Assembly (NCBI GenBank): GCA_963804165.1
Contig: CAWDPO010000011.1
Coordinates: 1 to 64,000, forward strand
Origin: an uncultured delta proteobacterium
Lineage (GTDB): Bacteria; Desulfobacterota; Binatia; UBA9968
DNA: 64,000 bases
Direction of reading: 5' to 3'
Shown here: positions 21,602 through 31,367 of the stretch, one piece after another
Layout of the letters: every line of letters begins with the position of its first letter
Position numbering within the stretch: the first letter of the stretch is position 1
Position numbers and translations under genes: made by a program
Notes under the pieces: generated by a model
Told to the model about the DNA's origin: nothing
Databases searched by the model: none
The model's input: only the letters and a program-made list of their open reading frames with translations

Positions 21602-22639
21602 CTACTCCGCTAAGAGTTTTTTCAACCTGGCCACGACCTCTGGCGGCTGGGCGATCACTTCCTTCGCCAGCGTCGCGAGCTGCTCGCCACCGACAGCCTC
21701 CACCGGCCAGTTGCGTTTTTTTGCCTCGGCTAATAGTTCGGGATCTTTGAGTGTTTTATTCCAGGCGTCACGCAGAATTTTTATTCGATCCGCGGCCATG
21801 CCCGGCGGCGCGGTCCAGGGCCGGCCAAATTCATTGGGCGCCATGACCAGCGTGGCGAGGCGACGGTCGGTATCGCGGACTTTGTAACGATCCATCAAAT
21901 CGTAAAGCGTCGGCGTTTCCGGCAACGAAGAATCTCGTTTCCGACCGGTCTGCACGAACGGACGGGTGAATCCCTTCTTAAACCAGGTGATATGAGGCTC
22001 GCGGCCAAAGAACGCCGCGATGGTGATGAGCCGGCACTGCAACTCGCCGCGTTCGACCGCCAGGTCGATGTCGCCCGCACCTTGATAACCGGTGATGACG
22101 TTGAATTTTACTGCGAAAATCTCTTCGATCAGCTTGGGAATATGATAGGTCGTCGAGGCCGTTCCTGTAGAACCACACTTGGGTGGTTCGGCAGCCTTGC
22201 GTAGATCGTCGATCGTTTTGTACGGACTGTCACCGCGAAAAAAGAGTACGGCCTCGGTCTGTTCGGGGGTGCCGAGCCAGTTGAATTTCGACCAGTCATA
22301 CTGAACTTCTTTGCGGCCGATCAGTTGATCCATATAGATTCCCGGATTGATCGAGCCGAGAGTCAAGCCATCCGGCTTGGCGACATTGTAGACATAATTG
22401 GCCGCGATCACCGAACCGGCGCCCGGCATGTTTTGCACCGTGACGCTCGGATTGCCGGGTATGTGCTTTCCCAAATAGGTCGCGATGTGCCGCGTCCAAA
22501 GATCGTAAAGATCGCCAGCTTGCCCGCCGCGGATGATTCTTACCGATTTGCCTTGGAAGAAATTGTCCTGGGCATGAACTGAAAAGGAAAGCGCCATGAG
22601 CATGGCGCAAAGATTAAGAACCGTGACTGTTTTCTTCAT
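21602..22639 (-). CDS. TctC/Bug-like substrate-binding protein
   Basis: KHIPGNPSVTVQNMPGAGS, KPDGLT, PPKCGSTG. Confidence 0.88.
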   Translation of the reverse strand: MKKTVTVLNLCAMLMALSFSVHAQDNFFQGKSVRIIRGGQAGDLYDLWTRHIATYLGKHIPGNPSVTVQNMPGAGSVIAANYVYNVAKPDGLTLGSINPGIYMDQLIGRKEVQYDWSKFNWLGTPEQTEAVLFFRGDSPYKTIDDLRKAAEPPKCGSTGTASTTYHIPKLIEEIFAVKFNVITGYQGAGDIDLAVERGELQCRLITIAAFFGREPHITWFKKGFTRPFVQTGRKRDSSLPETPTLYDLMDRYKVRDTDRRLATLVMAPNEFGRPWTAPPGMAADRIKILRDAWNKTLKDPELLAEAKKRNWPVEAVGGEQLATLAKEVIAQPPEVVARLKKLLAE

Positions 22640-22694
22640 GTATTTTTCTCTGTCTCGATGCACTTGTCACTCGACATTTGACACTCGCCCCTTG

Positions 22695-23670
22695 TCACTT
22701 GATGACTTTATCCGCCCGCGCCAGCACTTTCTGCGGAATCGTCAGACCGATCTGCTTAGCGGTTTTGAGATTGACGAGAAACTCAAATTTCGTCGGCTGC
22801 TCCACAGGCAGGTCGGCGGGCCTGGCGCCTTTGAGAATCTTGTCGACAAAGTCAGCGGCGCGCCGGAATAGGTCCGCATAGTTCGGCGCGTAACTCATCA
22901 AGCCGCCGGCCTCGACAAACTCCGGGCTATGGTACATCGCCGGCAACCGGTTCTTTGCCGCGAAGTCCAACACTTGGCGTTGCTGAGTATTGATAAGTGG
23001 ACCTGAATTCGTAATGAGCGCCTGGGCGCCTTCCCTTTTCGCTTGCGCAAATGCGCTCTCAAAATCGTCAAGGCTTCGCACCTCAAGCGGTAGAAGTTTG
23101 ACTCCCAACGCCTTGGCGGCAGCCTCCATCTCTGTGAGATACAGGTTTCCCCTCGCCAACAGATTGCCCGAGGGAGGCCACCCGGGCAACTTTAGGGAAA
23201 GCTTCCTTGAGCAGTTCCAATCGTTTGCCATCTAGATCTTGCGCAATGTTGGAAAGTCCGGTGATATTCCCTCCTGGTCGCGCCAGGCTGGAGACAATCC
23301 CAGCTCCCACCGGATCGCTGGCGGCGCCGAATACGATGGGAATTGTCGTGCTGGCCTTTTTAGCAGCTAAAACGCCTGGGCCGGCAGTGACGATAACGTC
23401 AACTTTGAGCTGGACCAGTTCGGTCGCAAGGTCAGTCAGCCGTTCGAATTTCCCTTCCGCATATCGGTACTCAATCAGAATGTTTTTCCCTTCGACATAG
23501 CCGAGCTCGCGCAGCCGTTGGCGAAATGCTTCGACCCGGGGCAAAAAGAAGGACGAAGAGGTCGGGTTCAAAATTCCTATCCGGGGAATTTTCGCCGGCT
23601 GCGCCGCTGCGGGGAAACTAAGCGCTAAGAGCAAAACGCCAAGCGTAAGACGCACGATGTTCTTTCTCAT
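22695..23670 (-). CDS. ABC transporter substrate-binding protein (ABC_sub_bind type), frameshifted near 23170
   Basis: LRELGYVEGKNI.IEYRYAEG, SSLARPGGNITG, KRLELLKE, then GGLMSY...KILKGARPADLPVEQPTKFE. Confidence 0.85.
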
Positions 23671-23725
23671 ATGGTTGCTCCCGTTTCTTACCCTTTTCTC
23701 TTCGCCCTATGCGCGTTGCGACTAT

Positions 23726-24238
23726 TCATCGAATCACTCTATCCGCCCGCGCCAGCACTTTCTGCGGGATCGTCAGGCCGATCTGCTTGGCGGCCAGATC
23801 TGGCGCCATGAGGCTAAGCCCTGTGATATTCCCGCCTGGTCGCGCCACGCTGGAAACAAGCCCATCTCCTACTGGATCTAAAGCAATGGCGAATACCATG
23901 GGAATTGTCGCGCTCGCCTTCTTAGCAGCTAAACTGGTCGGGCCTCCGCCGGTGACGATGACATCAACCTTGAGACGGACCAGTTCGGCTGCAAGGTCAG
24001 GCAGCCGTTCGAGTTTCCCTTCGGCATATCGGTACTCAATGACAATGTTTTTTCCTTCGACATAGCCAAGCTCGCGCAGCCGTTGGCGAAATGCTTCGAC
24101 CCGGGCCGAAAGGCTGGACGCGGAGGACCCGATCAGAATTCCTATCCGGGGAATTCTCGCCGGCTGCTGCGCCTGAGCGAAAGGAGCAGTTAGCAGCAAC
24201 ATAGTTGTTAGTAACCAAAAAAGTGGTTTTGAACTCAT
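23726..24238 (-). pseudogene. ABC_sub_bind-type binding protein with a large in-frame internal deletion
   Basis: The N-terminal half (to GGNITGLSLMAPDL) is fused directly to the terminal AKQIGLTIPQKVLARADRVIR; about 150 aa are missing relative to the neighbour. Confidence 0.8.
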
Positions 24239-24270
24239 AGTATTCGCTTCTGTTCAGTCTGACGACTGAT

Positions 24271-24520
24271 TGGACAACTGCCACCTGATGTCGAACACTT
24301 AAGTGCCATATGATCCCGAACATAAGTGTCAATAAAGACAGACCATCTTGATCGTTAGACAGGATCATCTGAGATCCGAAATCCAATTTTCACCGTCGTA
24401 GAGCGATAGGTGTAATGGGTAGACTGGCTGATTTTAATCACCGAGAAAGCAACGTTCGACATCATGTGGCATGCACACGATTCAGGATTAAAGTGTTCGA
24501 CATCATCTGACATGTGTCCA
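24271..24520. mobile_element. 250-bp non-autonomous mini-transposon with TG...CA ends and Tn7/TnsB-like end architecture
   Basis: 5-bp direct repeat CTGAT at 24266-24270 and 24521-24525; 30-bp imperfect terminal IR; 22-bp sites at 24279-24300 and 24304-24325 and inverted at 24450-24471 and 24491-24512. Confidence 0.85.
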
Positions 24521-24615
24521 CTGATTACTGATCACTGGCAATAGTCACCGGACGCCCTATCCGCCCGCGCCAGCGCGTCGCAAAGTCCAGAACAGAAAAG
24601 CATTGTGGCGCGCGC

Positions 24616-24721
24616 GTCATTCCCGCGCACGCGGGAATCAGGTGACGGACTGTGTCCGTCATACCGTTGAAAAACGGTATCCAGGTGGATGGGTCTGGAT
24701 TCCCGTTTTCACGGGAATGAC
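24616..24721. repeat. Gene-less cluster of three family D palindromes
   Basis: Units 24616-24641, 24658-24684 and 24695-24721; the last is identical (27/27) to 16097-16123. Confidence 0.88.
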
Positions 24722-24766
24722 GGAAAATGCAACGACGCTTCTTAATCGAGCTTGTGAGGCAGCACA

Positions 24767-25688
24767 CTAGCGAAAAGTCTCCTTGATGTACCGATGGGCC
24801 GCAATGGCAGCGGTGGCGCCGTCGCCGGCGGAAGTGATCGCTTGCGCTGCCGAGTCCTGGCGGATATCGCCGGCGGCGTAGAGGCCATCGAGTTCGGTTT
24901 TCATCCAATTGTCCGTCGGGACGTGGCCGGTGTCGCTGAGCTGCACATGATTCTGCAAGAGCGTCGTGTTCGGCCGTAAGCCGACGTAAACGAAGAGACC
25001 AGCGAGTTCGACTTGCGATATCTCTCCCGATGCCAAGTCGCGTGCGCGAACAGCGCTGACAACCTCGTCGCCGAAAACTTCTTCGATGATGCTCCGATAG
25101 CGCGGCTTGATTTTAGTGTTACCCAGAACTCTCTGCTGATAGCTCTGCTGCGCGGAAAAGTTCTCGCCGTCGTGGAAAATCAAAACCCGCTCCGCGTAAT
25201 TCACCAGCGTCAGAGCCTCTTGCAGCGCCGAGTCGCCGCCGCCCACGACGCCGACAGTTTGGCCGTTATAGAGCGGTCCATCGCAGCTCGCGCAGTGGCT
25301 GACGCCGCGGCCGGCAGTTTTTCTTCGCCCGGAACGCCGAGGTTCTTGAGCGTCGAGCCGGTGGCGACGATCACGGCTTTGGCACGATGCTGTTCTTCAT
25401 CGGTAACGACCAACCAGATGCGATCCTGGGCTTCCAACCTTAAAACCTCGGCGCGCTGTAATTCCGCGCCCTGATCGGCGGCCTGGCGCTGCAGGTTGGG
25501 ACAAGGTCATATCCGGGAACACCATCAGGAAAACCGGGAAAGTCCTCGATCTTTTCGATGCTGATCAGATGACCGCCGGGGATGTTCGATTCCATTACCA
25601 ACGTAGAGAGGCCGTGGCGAGCGGCGAACAGCCCGGCGGTCAGGCCGGCGAGGCCGGAGCCGACGATTATGATGTCGTAGTCAGCCAT
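24767..25688 (-). CDS. trxB: Thioredoxin reductase-like FAD/NAD(P) disulfide reductase, frameshifted
   Basis: IIVGSGLAGLTAG, IVATGS, GRGVSHCASCDG (CxxC), VGGGDSALQEA, GLYAAGD...QAITSAGDGATAA, spread over several frames. Confidence 0.85.
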
Positions 25689-25707
25689 CCTTATTAACTT
25701 GCTTGCT

Positions 25708-25779
25708 GTTCAAGGTTCCAGGTTCAAAGTTCAAGGTGCGGGAAGGGGGACATTGAACATTGAACTTTGAACGTTGAAC
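25708..25779. repeat. Inverted tandem 7-mer repeat (GTTCAAR / TTGAAC)
   Basis: gttcaaggttccaggttcaaagttcaagg ... ttgaacattgaactttgaacgttgaac. Confidence 0.78.
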
Positions 25780-25789
25780 TCAAGAATTT

Positions 25790-27451
25790 TTATCTCCATT
25801 CATCGATCGAAACCGTTTTCTGATAACTGCAGCCCATGATGCGCCAGTAGCCGTTGGTTTCGCCGCCGACGACCACGACGTGAATTTCGTCGGGCTTGAA
25901 CATCTTGACCATTTCATCCGGGGCGGCTTTCAATTTGGACGCGTAGGGCTCCTCGCCGAAAGTCGCTCGCGGATAGATGTAATTTTGAATCAGCTGATAG
26001 TCCCAGTACTCGCCGGCCGGCATGAGCGAGTTCTCGTAAATCCACTGAATGAGTTTTTCCTTGGTGTCGAAGCCGCCGCGGTCGATATACTGCCGGGCCG
26101 CGATGGGATCGAGCAGAAAGGTCGGCGCGCTGTGGGCGTCCATGCCGCGCAGCATGTTGCGCACATGCTCGCGCCAATATTTTTCGCGCACGCCGAGAGT
26201 AAAGGCCGTCGAGCGGCAGCCGGTGAATATGCTTACCGTGCTGTCGCCCGGTTTGAAGCCATGCTGGGTGTGGAACGGCGTCCACGGGCTGCGTTCTTCG
26301 TTTTCGGCGAAGGTGACCGTGCCGTAGGCGTAGCCGTTGCCTTGGGAGCCCATGTAGCTGTCGCCGGGGATCGAACCGCCCTGGAGATTCTGCGACAGCA
26401 AACCATAGGCGCGCCCGATGGTCGCGTTGGCATGATTGTAGGGTGCCATCGCGCCGGTGCCGGAGTTCATCCCGATTTCATTGCGGATCGGGCCGTTGAC
26501 GACGACCATCGCCGCCATCGAGCTGGTCGTGCTGCCGCGTGCGCTTACGCCGCTCGCCGCGAGCGCCAGGATCACCGGAAAGTATTCCGGCCGAGCGCCG
26601 GCCATCACGGCGTTGACCGCGACCTTTTCGACCGTGAATTCCCAGTGCTGGCGAAATTGGTTGGAGCGCATATGCCCGGCGACTTCGTCCGGTTTGCGGC
26701 TGGTGTGCGCGAGCATTTCCGCTACTCGCTTTTCCGTCGGCAGAACGATCGGCAGCTTGTCCGTCCAATTGCTCTCGAGGAACAGACGATGCAGGTTATC
26801 GTCCGAGTCGGAGTCCACCAGTCGCGACGTCGAGCGCTCAAACTTAATTTCTTTGATTCGATCTCCCTCGGCGGGACGGGTGAGGCCTTCGATGACTTCT
26901 TGCATCACCGGCCGGCCGCTGATCGGACTTTTGCCTTCGACGTAGGCCCGCAGTTGTTCCGCGGTCTTGCCCATCACCGGCTGGGGCACGAAAGTGTAAC
27001 GCGCCTCGGGCATGCCGTGCATCCGGGTTACCGATTGCACCGCCTTCTCGAAGGCGTTGGTATGGATAGCGACGGTAGGCACACCGTACTTGCTATCGAG
27101 AGCGATTGCGTGCACGGCGACCGCCGGCGCGCAAGTGCTTCAATGACCGACACCGATGATGGCGCCGTCCCCGTTCGCCTTGATCATCTCCCAGGTTTTC
27201 GGATCGTCCTTGGTGTAGACGCTCGACATTTCCACAAGCTTGGTTTTGACCGAAGGCATGTGGTCGGCGAACCAATCCTGCACCTGGCGCAGGAAAAGCC
27301 CCGAGTCGTCGAAGCGCGGGTCGACCAGATAGACCGTCTTGCCGTCAAGGCTGTCCAAACGCGGCGCCATCGGTTTCGGCGTAATCTTTGGTGGAAAGCC
27401 CACCGGATTGAGCACTGTGATTTTTTCCGTGCCGTTAATGCCATCAGCCAT
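25790..27451 (-). CDS. UGSC-type selenoprotein (553 aa, Sec104 in a U-S-T-C motif) fused to a large C-terminal domain
   Basis: ORFs 27140..27451 and 25790..27115 are in the same frame, separated only by TGA 27140-27142; the read-through is IIGVGH-U-STCAPAVAVHAIALDSKYGVPTV; SECIS-like hairpin follows. Confidence 0.85.
27106..27134 (-). promoter_or_regulatory. Candidate bacterial SECIS hairpin
   Basis: TTGCG-C-GC-CGGC[GGTC]GCCG-T-GC-A-CGCAA; the apical GGUC loop starts 17 nt after the UGA. Confidence 0.72.
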
Positions 27452-27523
27452 GTTTGAATCCTCCTCGCTCTATTTATGATCTAGCTGGAAAGTAATCAAC
27501 CGGTTTTTTGCCTGCGTGCAAGG

Positions 27524-28585
27524 TTACTCGGCCAGAATCTTCTTCACTTTCTCGACCACCTCGGGGCTCTGGTCCATGACCTCACGCGCTAGTTTCTGCA
27601 GCTGCTCTCCCGGCGTGTAGTCGATATCCAGACTGCTCTTTCTTGCCTCGGCGAGCAGCTCGGGGTCTTTGAGTGCCTGGGCATAAGCGGCGCGCAGGAT
27701 CTTCACGAGTTCCGTGCGCGTGCCCGGCGGGGCGATCATCGCTCGGCCGAAATCATTCGCAGTAAGAACCGTTTCAGCGACGCTCCGGCTCACCTGCGGT
27801 GTCTTGTATTCGTTCATGATCTCCCAAATCGTCGGTGTCTCGGGCAATCTCGGATCGCGCGTGCGCGCGTCCTGCACTAGATGGCGGTCGTAACGCTTCG
27901 CGTGCCAAGTGATGAACGGTTCACGACCGAAGTGAGATGAGATGTCATGACCGCGGCAAACGACCTCACCCTTTTCCACGGCAAGATCGATTTCCTTCCC
28001 GCCCGAATAACCGACGATGATGTTGAATTTTGCGCCGACGGTTTCTTCTAGAACCTTGGGAAGAATGTAGCCCGAACTGGCAAAGCCCGAAGCGCCGCAC
28101 TTGGGCGGCTCCTTGGCCTTGATCACGTCGCCGATGGTTTTGAACGGTGCGTCGGCGCGAAAATAAAGCATCTGGGTCCATTTTTCCTGGGTGCCGATCC
28201 ACTCGAATTTGCGCACGTCGAACTTGACCTCTGTTCGTCCGATCAGTTGGGTAAGATAAAGACTGCTGTTCGGTATACCCACGGTGAGGCCGTCGGGTTT
28301 GGCCACGCTGTAAACGAAATTCGACGCCACCACGGAGCTCGCGCCGGGCATGTTTTGCACGATGATGTTCGGGCCCCCCGGAATAAATTTCGGCATGCTG
28401 CGGGCGAACATGCGCGCCCATTGATCGGACAAACCGCCGGCAGTGAATCCGACGATAATCCGAATCGTCTTGCCCTGGTAGTAGGGCTCGGTCTGCGCGG
28501 ATCCGGCGGCGCTAATAGTTAAGGAGAGTAAGAGCGCGAAAAGCGTTGCGGCAGTTTTTCGCGGCTTGGTGCGAAAATGTTTCAT
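27524..28585 (-). CDS. TctC/Bug-like substrate-binding protein
   Basis: IIVGFTAGGLSDQWAR, IIVQNMPGA, KPDGLT, PPKCGASG. Confidence 0.87.
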   Translation of the reverse strand: MKHFRTKPRKTAATLFALLLSLTISAAGSAQTEPYYQGKTIRIIVGFTAGGLSDQWARMFARSMPKFIPGGPNIIVQNMPGASSVVASNFVYSVAKPDGLTVGIPNSSLYLTQLIGRTEVKFDVRKFEWIGTQEKWTQMLYFRADAPFKTIGDVIKAKEPPKCGASGFASSGYILPKVLEETVGAKFNIIVGYSGGKEIDLAVEKGEVVCRGHDISSHFGREPFITWHAKRYDRHLVQDARTRDPRLPETPTIWEIMNEYKTPQVSRSVAETVLTANDFGRAMIAPPGTRTELVKILRAAYAQALKDPELLAEARKSSLDIDYTPGEQLQKLAREVMDQSPEVVEKVKKILAE

Positions 28586-28903
28586 TGGCTTCGATGGGTC
28601 CAGGATGCAGAGGAATGTCATGTTTTTCAGGTGCCTTTCCTTACCGCTTCCCAGCTCGCACGAAAGTGAGCGGCAATTTGCGACGCAGTTTACGGGCGCG
28701 GTCGAAGATTAAACGACGCGAGCGCCGCGCTTGTCAAGTAAAGGATCGGGCCTGATTCATTTCTCTGTCCCGTGACGACAGTTACCTCGATGGCAGCCGG
28801 CTATGGTTTCTCCTTGACGTTTAATTTCGATCTGCCTTATGGTGCAAACCGCGCGGGTTTCGTCGATTGGCTTGACGTTTACGAGTTAAGGATCGGAGGC
28901 GAT

Positions 28904-29935
28904 ATGAAAAAGACTAGCGTTTGGCTCTTGTCCATTCTCTTGTGGTCGGTCGAAGTCGCGGCACAGACTCCCTATTTTCAGGGCAAGACTATCAGGGTTG
29001 TGGTGGGTTATCCGGCAGGCAGCGCGCACGACTTGTGGGGGCGGATGATCGCGACACAGCTGACAAAGCATATTCCCGGCAATCCCGCCGCGATTGTTCA
29101 GAACATGGCCGGCGCGGGTTCGATGACCGCGACCAATTACATTTACAGCGTGGCGAAACCGGACGGCTTGACCCTTGGCGTCAATAACGCAGCACTTTAT
29201 TTCGAACAGTTGCTAAAGAGGAAAGAAGTTAAATACGACTGGGCGAAATTCACCTGGGTCGGCAGCACGACACCGACGAACTCGATCTTGTACATGTGGG
29301 CTAACAGTCCCTACAAAACAATTCACGATGTCCGCACGGCGGCGGTGCCGCCCAAGTGTGGCGCGACGGGCACGGGCAACACCGGATACTATCTGCCGAG
29401 ATTGCTCGAAGAGACCATCGGCGCAAAGTTTCAGATCGTCACCGGCTACGAGGGCGGGTCGAGTATCGAATTGGCGGTGGAGCGCGGCGAAGTCCAGTGC
29501 CGGGCCTTTTCCATCCAGGTCTTCTATGGGCGCGAGCCGTTTAACACGTGGCGCAGCAAAAATTTGGTGCGTGTTTTGGTTTACACGGGAAAGAAGCGCG
29601 ACCCGCGCATCCCCGAGACGCCGCTGCTCAGCGAACTGATGGATCAATACAAGACGTCGGATTTGCACCGGCGACTGGTATCGGTGATGAATGGCTCGGG
29701 GGAATTCGGCGCCGCGCCCATGTTTGCTGCGCCAGGCACGCCGCCTGAGATAACCAAACTCCTGCGCGCCGGTTATGCCAAAGGGTTGACCAGTCCCGAG
29801 CTGATGGGTGAGGCTAAAAAGCAAGGCCTCGACCCGGAGCTGATTCACGGAGACGAAATCGAAGCACTCTCCAAAGAAGTGCTGCACCAGCCGCCCGAAG
29901 TCATCGAGCTCATGAAAAAGGTCATGGGCGGATGA
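28904..29935 (+). CDS. TctC/Bug-like substrate-binding protein
   Basis: KHIPGNPAAIVQNMAGAGS, KPDGLT, PPKCGATGTG; ATG follows GGAGG. Confidence 0.88.
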   Translation: MKKTSVWLLSILLWSVEVAAQTPYFQGKTIRVVVGYPAGSAHDLWGRMIATQLTKHIPGNPAAIVQNMAGAGSMTATNYIYSVAKPDGLTLGVNNAALYFEQLLKRKEVKYDWAKFTWVGSTTPTNSILYMWANSPYKTIHDVRTAAVPPKCGATGTGNTGYYLPRLLEETIGAKFQIVTGYEGGSSIELAVERGEVQCRAFSIQVFYGREPFNTWRSKNLVRVLVYTGKKRDPRIPETPLLSELMDQYKTSDLHRRLVSVMNGSGEFGAAPMFAAPGTPPEITKLLRAGYAKGLTSPELMGEAKKQGLDPELIHGDEIEALSKEVLHQPPEVIELMKKVMGG

Positions 29936-29974
29936 AATCCGCCCACAGCTTTTGAAATTAGACGGGCTTTTTCA

Positions 29975-31069
29975 TTGGTGCATCGGGAAGAAAAAATCCC
30001 TCTTTCATCCCCTTTAGTAAAGGGGGAAAGAGGGGGATTTGGCTCGCTCGTTTGGCAGCCTTGCGGTGGTCGGCTCATTGTACTGCCTCTTCTCGGCCTC
30101 ATTTTGTTATCTTCGGTTGCCGTCGCGGCGAGCGCGCCGAATCGGATCAACATCGGCGCCGCTTCGGCAAGCAGCAGTATGCTCAGTCTGTGGGCGGCTC
30201 AGGAACAGGGTTTTTTCGCCAAGCACGGTATCGACGCGCAACTCATTCTCATCCGGGGCGGGTCGACGCTGGTGGCAAGCTTGCTGGCGGGCGAGATTCA
30301 GATGGCTTTCACGTCCGGGGTGTCGGTTTTGGGCGCCGCGGCGCAAGGCGTCGACGTGAAGATGCTCACATCGATATCCAGTCGAGTCAGCTGGAAACTG
30401 ATCGCCAATCCGCAAATCAAAAAACCGGAGGAGCTGCACGGCAAGCGCTTCGGCGTGCAGAGCATCGTCGGCAGCACGTGGATGTATGCGATGTTGGCTT
30501 TGGAGCAATTAGGCTTGGAACCTAAGCGGGATAACATTGCATTTTTGCCGATCGGCGATCCGGTGACCATCGGCCATGCGTTGGAAGCCGGTCGTATCGA
30601 CGCCGCGGTGCTCGATCCGACCTTGAGCCAACGCCTGGCAGGCAAGGGATTTTCGCAGCTGGTCGATCTGGCCAAGACCAATGCAACCTTTCCCGGGTTG
30701 GGTATCGGCGTGACGCGCGCTTATCTCGAGCCGCATGCGGTTACGATTGAAAAATTGGTCGCCGCGCTGACCGAAGGTCTGGTGTTCGTGCAGCAACCGG
30801 CGAACAAAACCCTCGCGCTGAAAATCCTGATGAAACATCTCCGCATCGGCGATCCCAGCGTGGCCGAACACGGTTATCAGGACCATCTGCTGACCCTGAA
30901 TCGAAAACCCTATCCGTCGCTCGATGGTTTGCGCAACGCGCAACGATTGATGGCGCAGCAAAATCCCAAGATCGCGACGCTAAAAGTTGAAGACTTGGTG
31001 GATTCGCGATTCGTGCGCAAGTTGGACGAAAGCGGCTTCATCGATCGACTCTATGGGGTGCTGCGCTGA
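29975..31069 (+). CDS. ABC substrate-binding protein, SsuA/NMT1-like (true start probably downstream of 30040)
   Basis: LWAAQEQGFFAKHGID, LHGKRFGVQSIVGST, DSRFVRKLDESGFIDRLY. Confidence 0.83.
   Translation: MVHREEKIPLSSPLVKGERGGFGSLVWQPCGGRLIVLPLLGLILLSSVAVAASAPNRINIGAASASSSMLSLWAAQEQGFFAKHGIDAQLILIRGGSTLVASLLAGEIQMAFTSGVSVLGAAAQGVDVKMLTSISSRVSWKLIANPQIKKPEELHGKRFGVQSIVGSTWMYAMLALEQLGLEPKRDNIAFLPIGDPVTIGHALEAGRIDAAVLDPTLSQRLAGKGFSQLVDLAKTNATFPGLGIGVTRAYLEPHAVTIEKLVAALTEGLVFVQQPANKTLALKILMKHLRIGDPSVAEHGYQDHLLTLNRKPYPSLDGLRNAQRLMAQQNPKIATLKVEDLVDSRFVRKLDESGFIDRLYGVLR
29994..30040. repeat. Palindromic repeat family G (AAATCCCTCT..CCCCTTT-AAAGGGGG..GGGGGATTT)
   Basis: 47-nt nested hairpin; a degenerate relative lies at about 60895-60930. 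Confidence 0.7.
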
Positions 31070-31134
31070 AGGCGTTGCGCGGCAGTCTCTTGTTCGAGTT
31101 AAGTGGAGTCCCCGAAAGCGGATCAATATACGAA

Positions 31135-31228
31135 TGTCATTCTGAGGAGTCTTGCGACGAAGAATCTGCTTTTGTGTTCGGTCGGTGCTTAGTCAAAGCA
31201 GATCCTTCGCTTTCTGCTCAGGATGACA
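31135..31228. repeat. Hairpin repeat family H (TGTCATTCTGAG..CGAAGAATCT / AGATCCTTCG..CTCAGGATGACA)
   Basis: Inverted arms 31135-31172 and 31195-31228. Confidence 0.82.
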
Positions 31229-31367
31229 CATAGGAAAAACCCCGAACTCAATTTGCCATTTCATCTTCCCTGACTTGGATCCCGATTCTCGCAAGAGCCG
31301 ATTTGATTCAGCGAGCTGATTGCGATATTCGCTGCATGTAAGAGCAATTCACTTTCGGAGGTAGATC

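Noticed and set aside
22678-24065. Repeated plus-strand peptides 'TLSARASTFCGIVRPICLA'
   Set aside because: They are the antisense of the conserved 3' ends of the ABC_sub_bind paralogs, not independent genes.
24279-24512. Repeats as a CRISPR mini-array or integron attC
   Set aside because: Units are inverted at the two ends with irregular spacing and a flanking 5-bp duplication, which fits transposon ends; no cas or integrase gene is present.
25880-27457. 525-aa plus-strand ORF
   Set aside because: Antisense shadow of the selenoprotein gene; no recognisable motifs.
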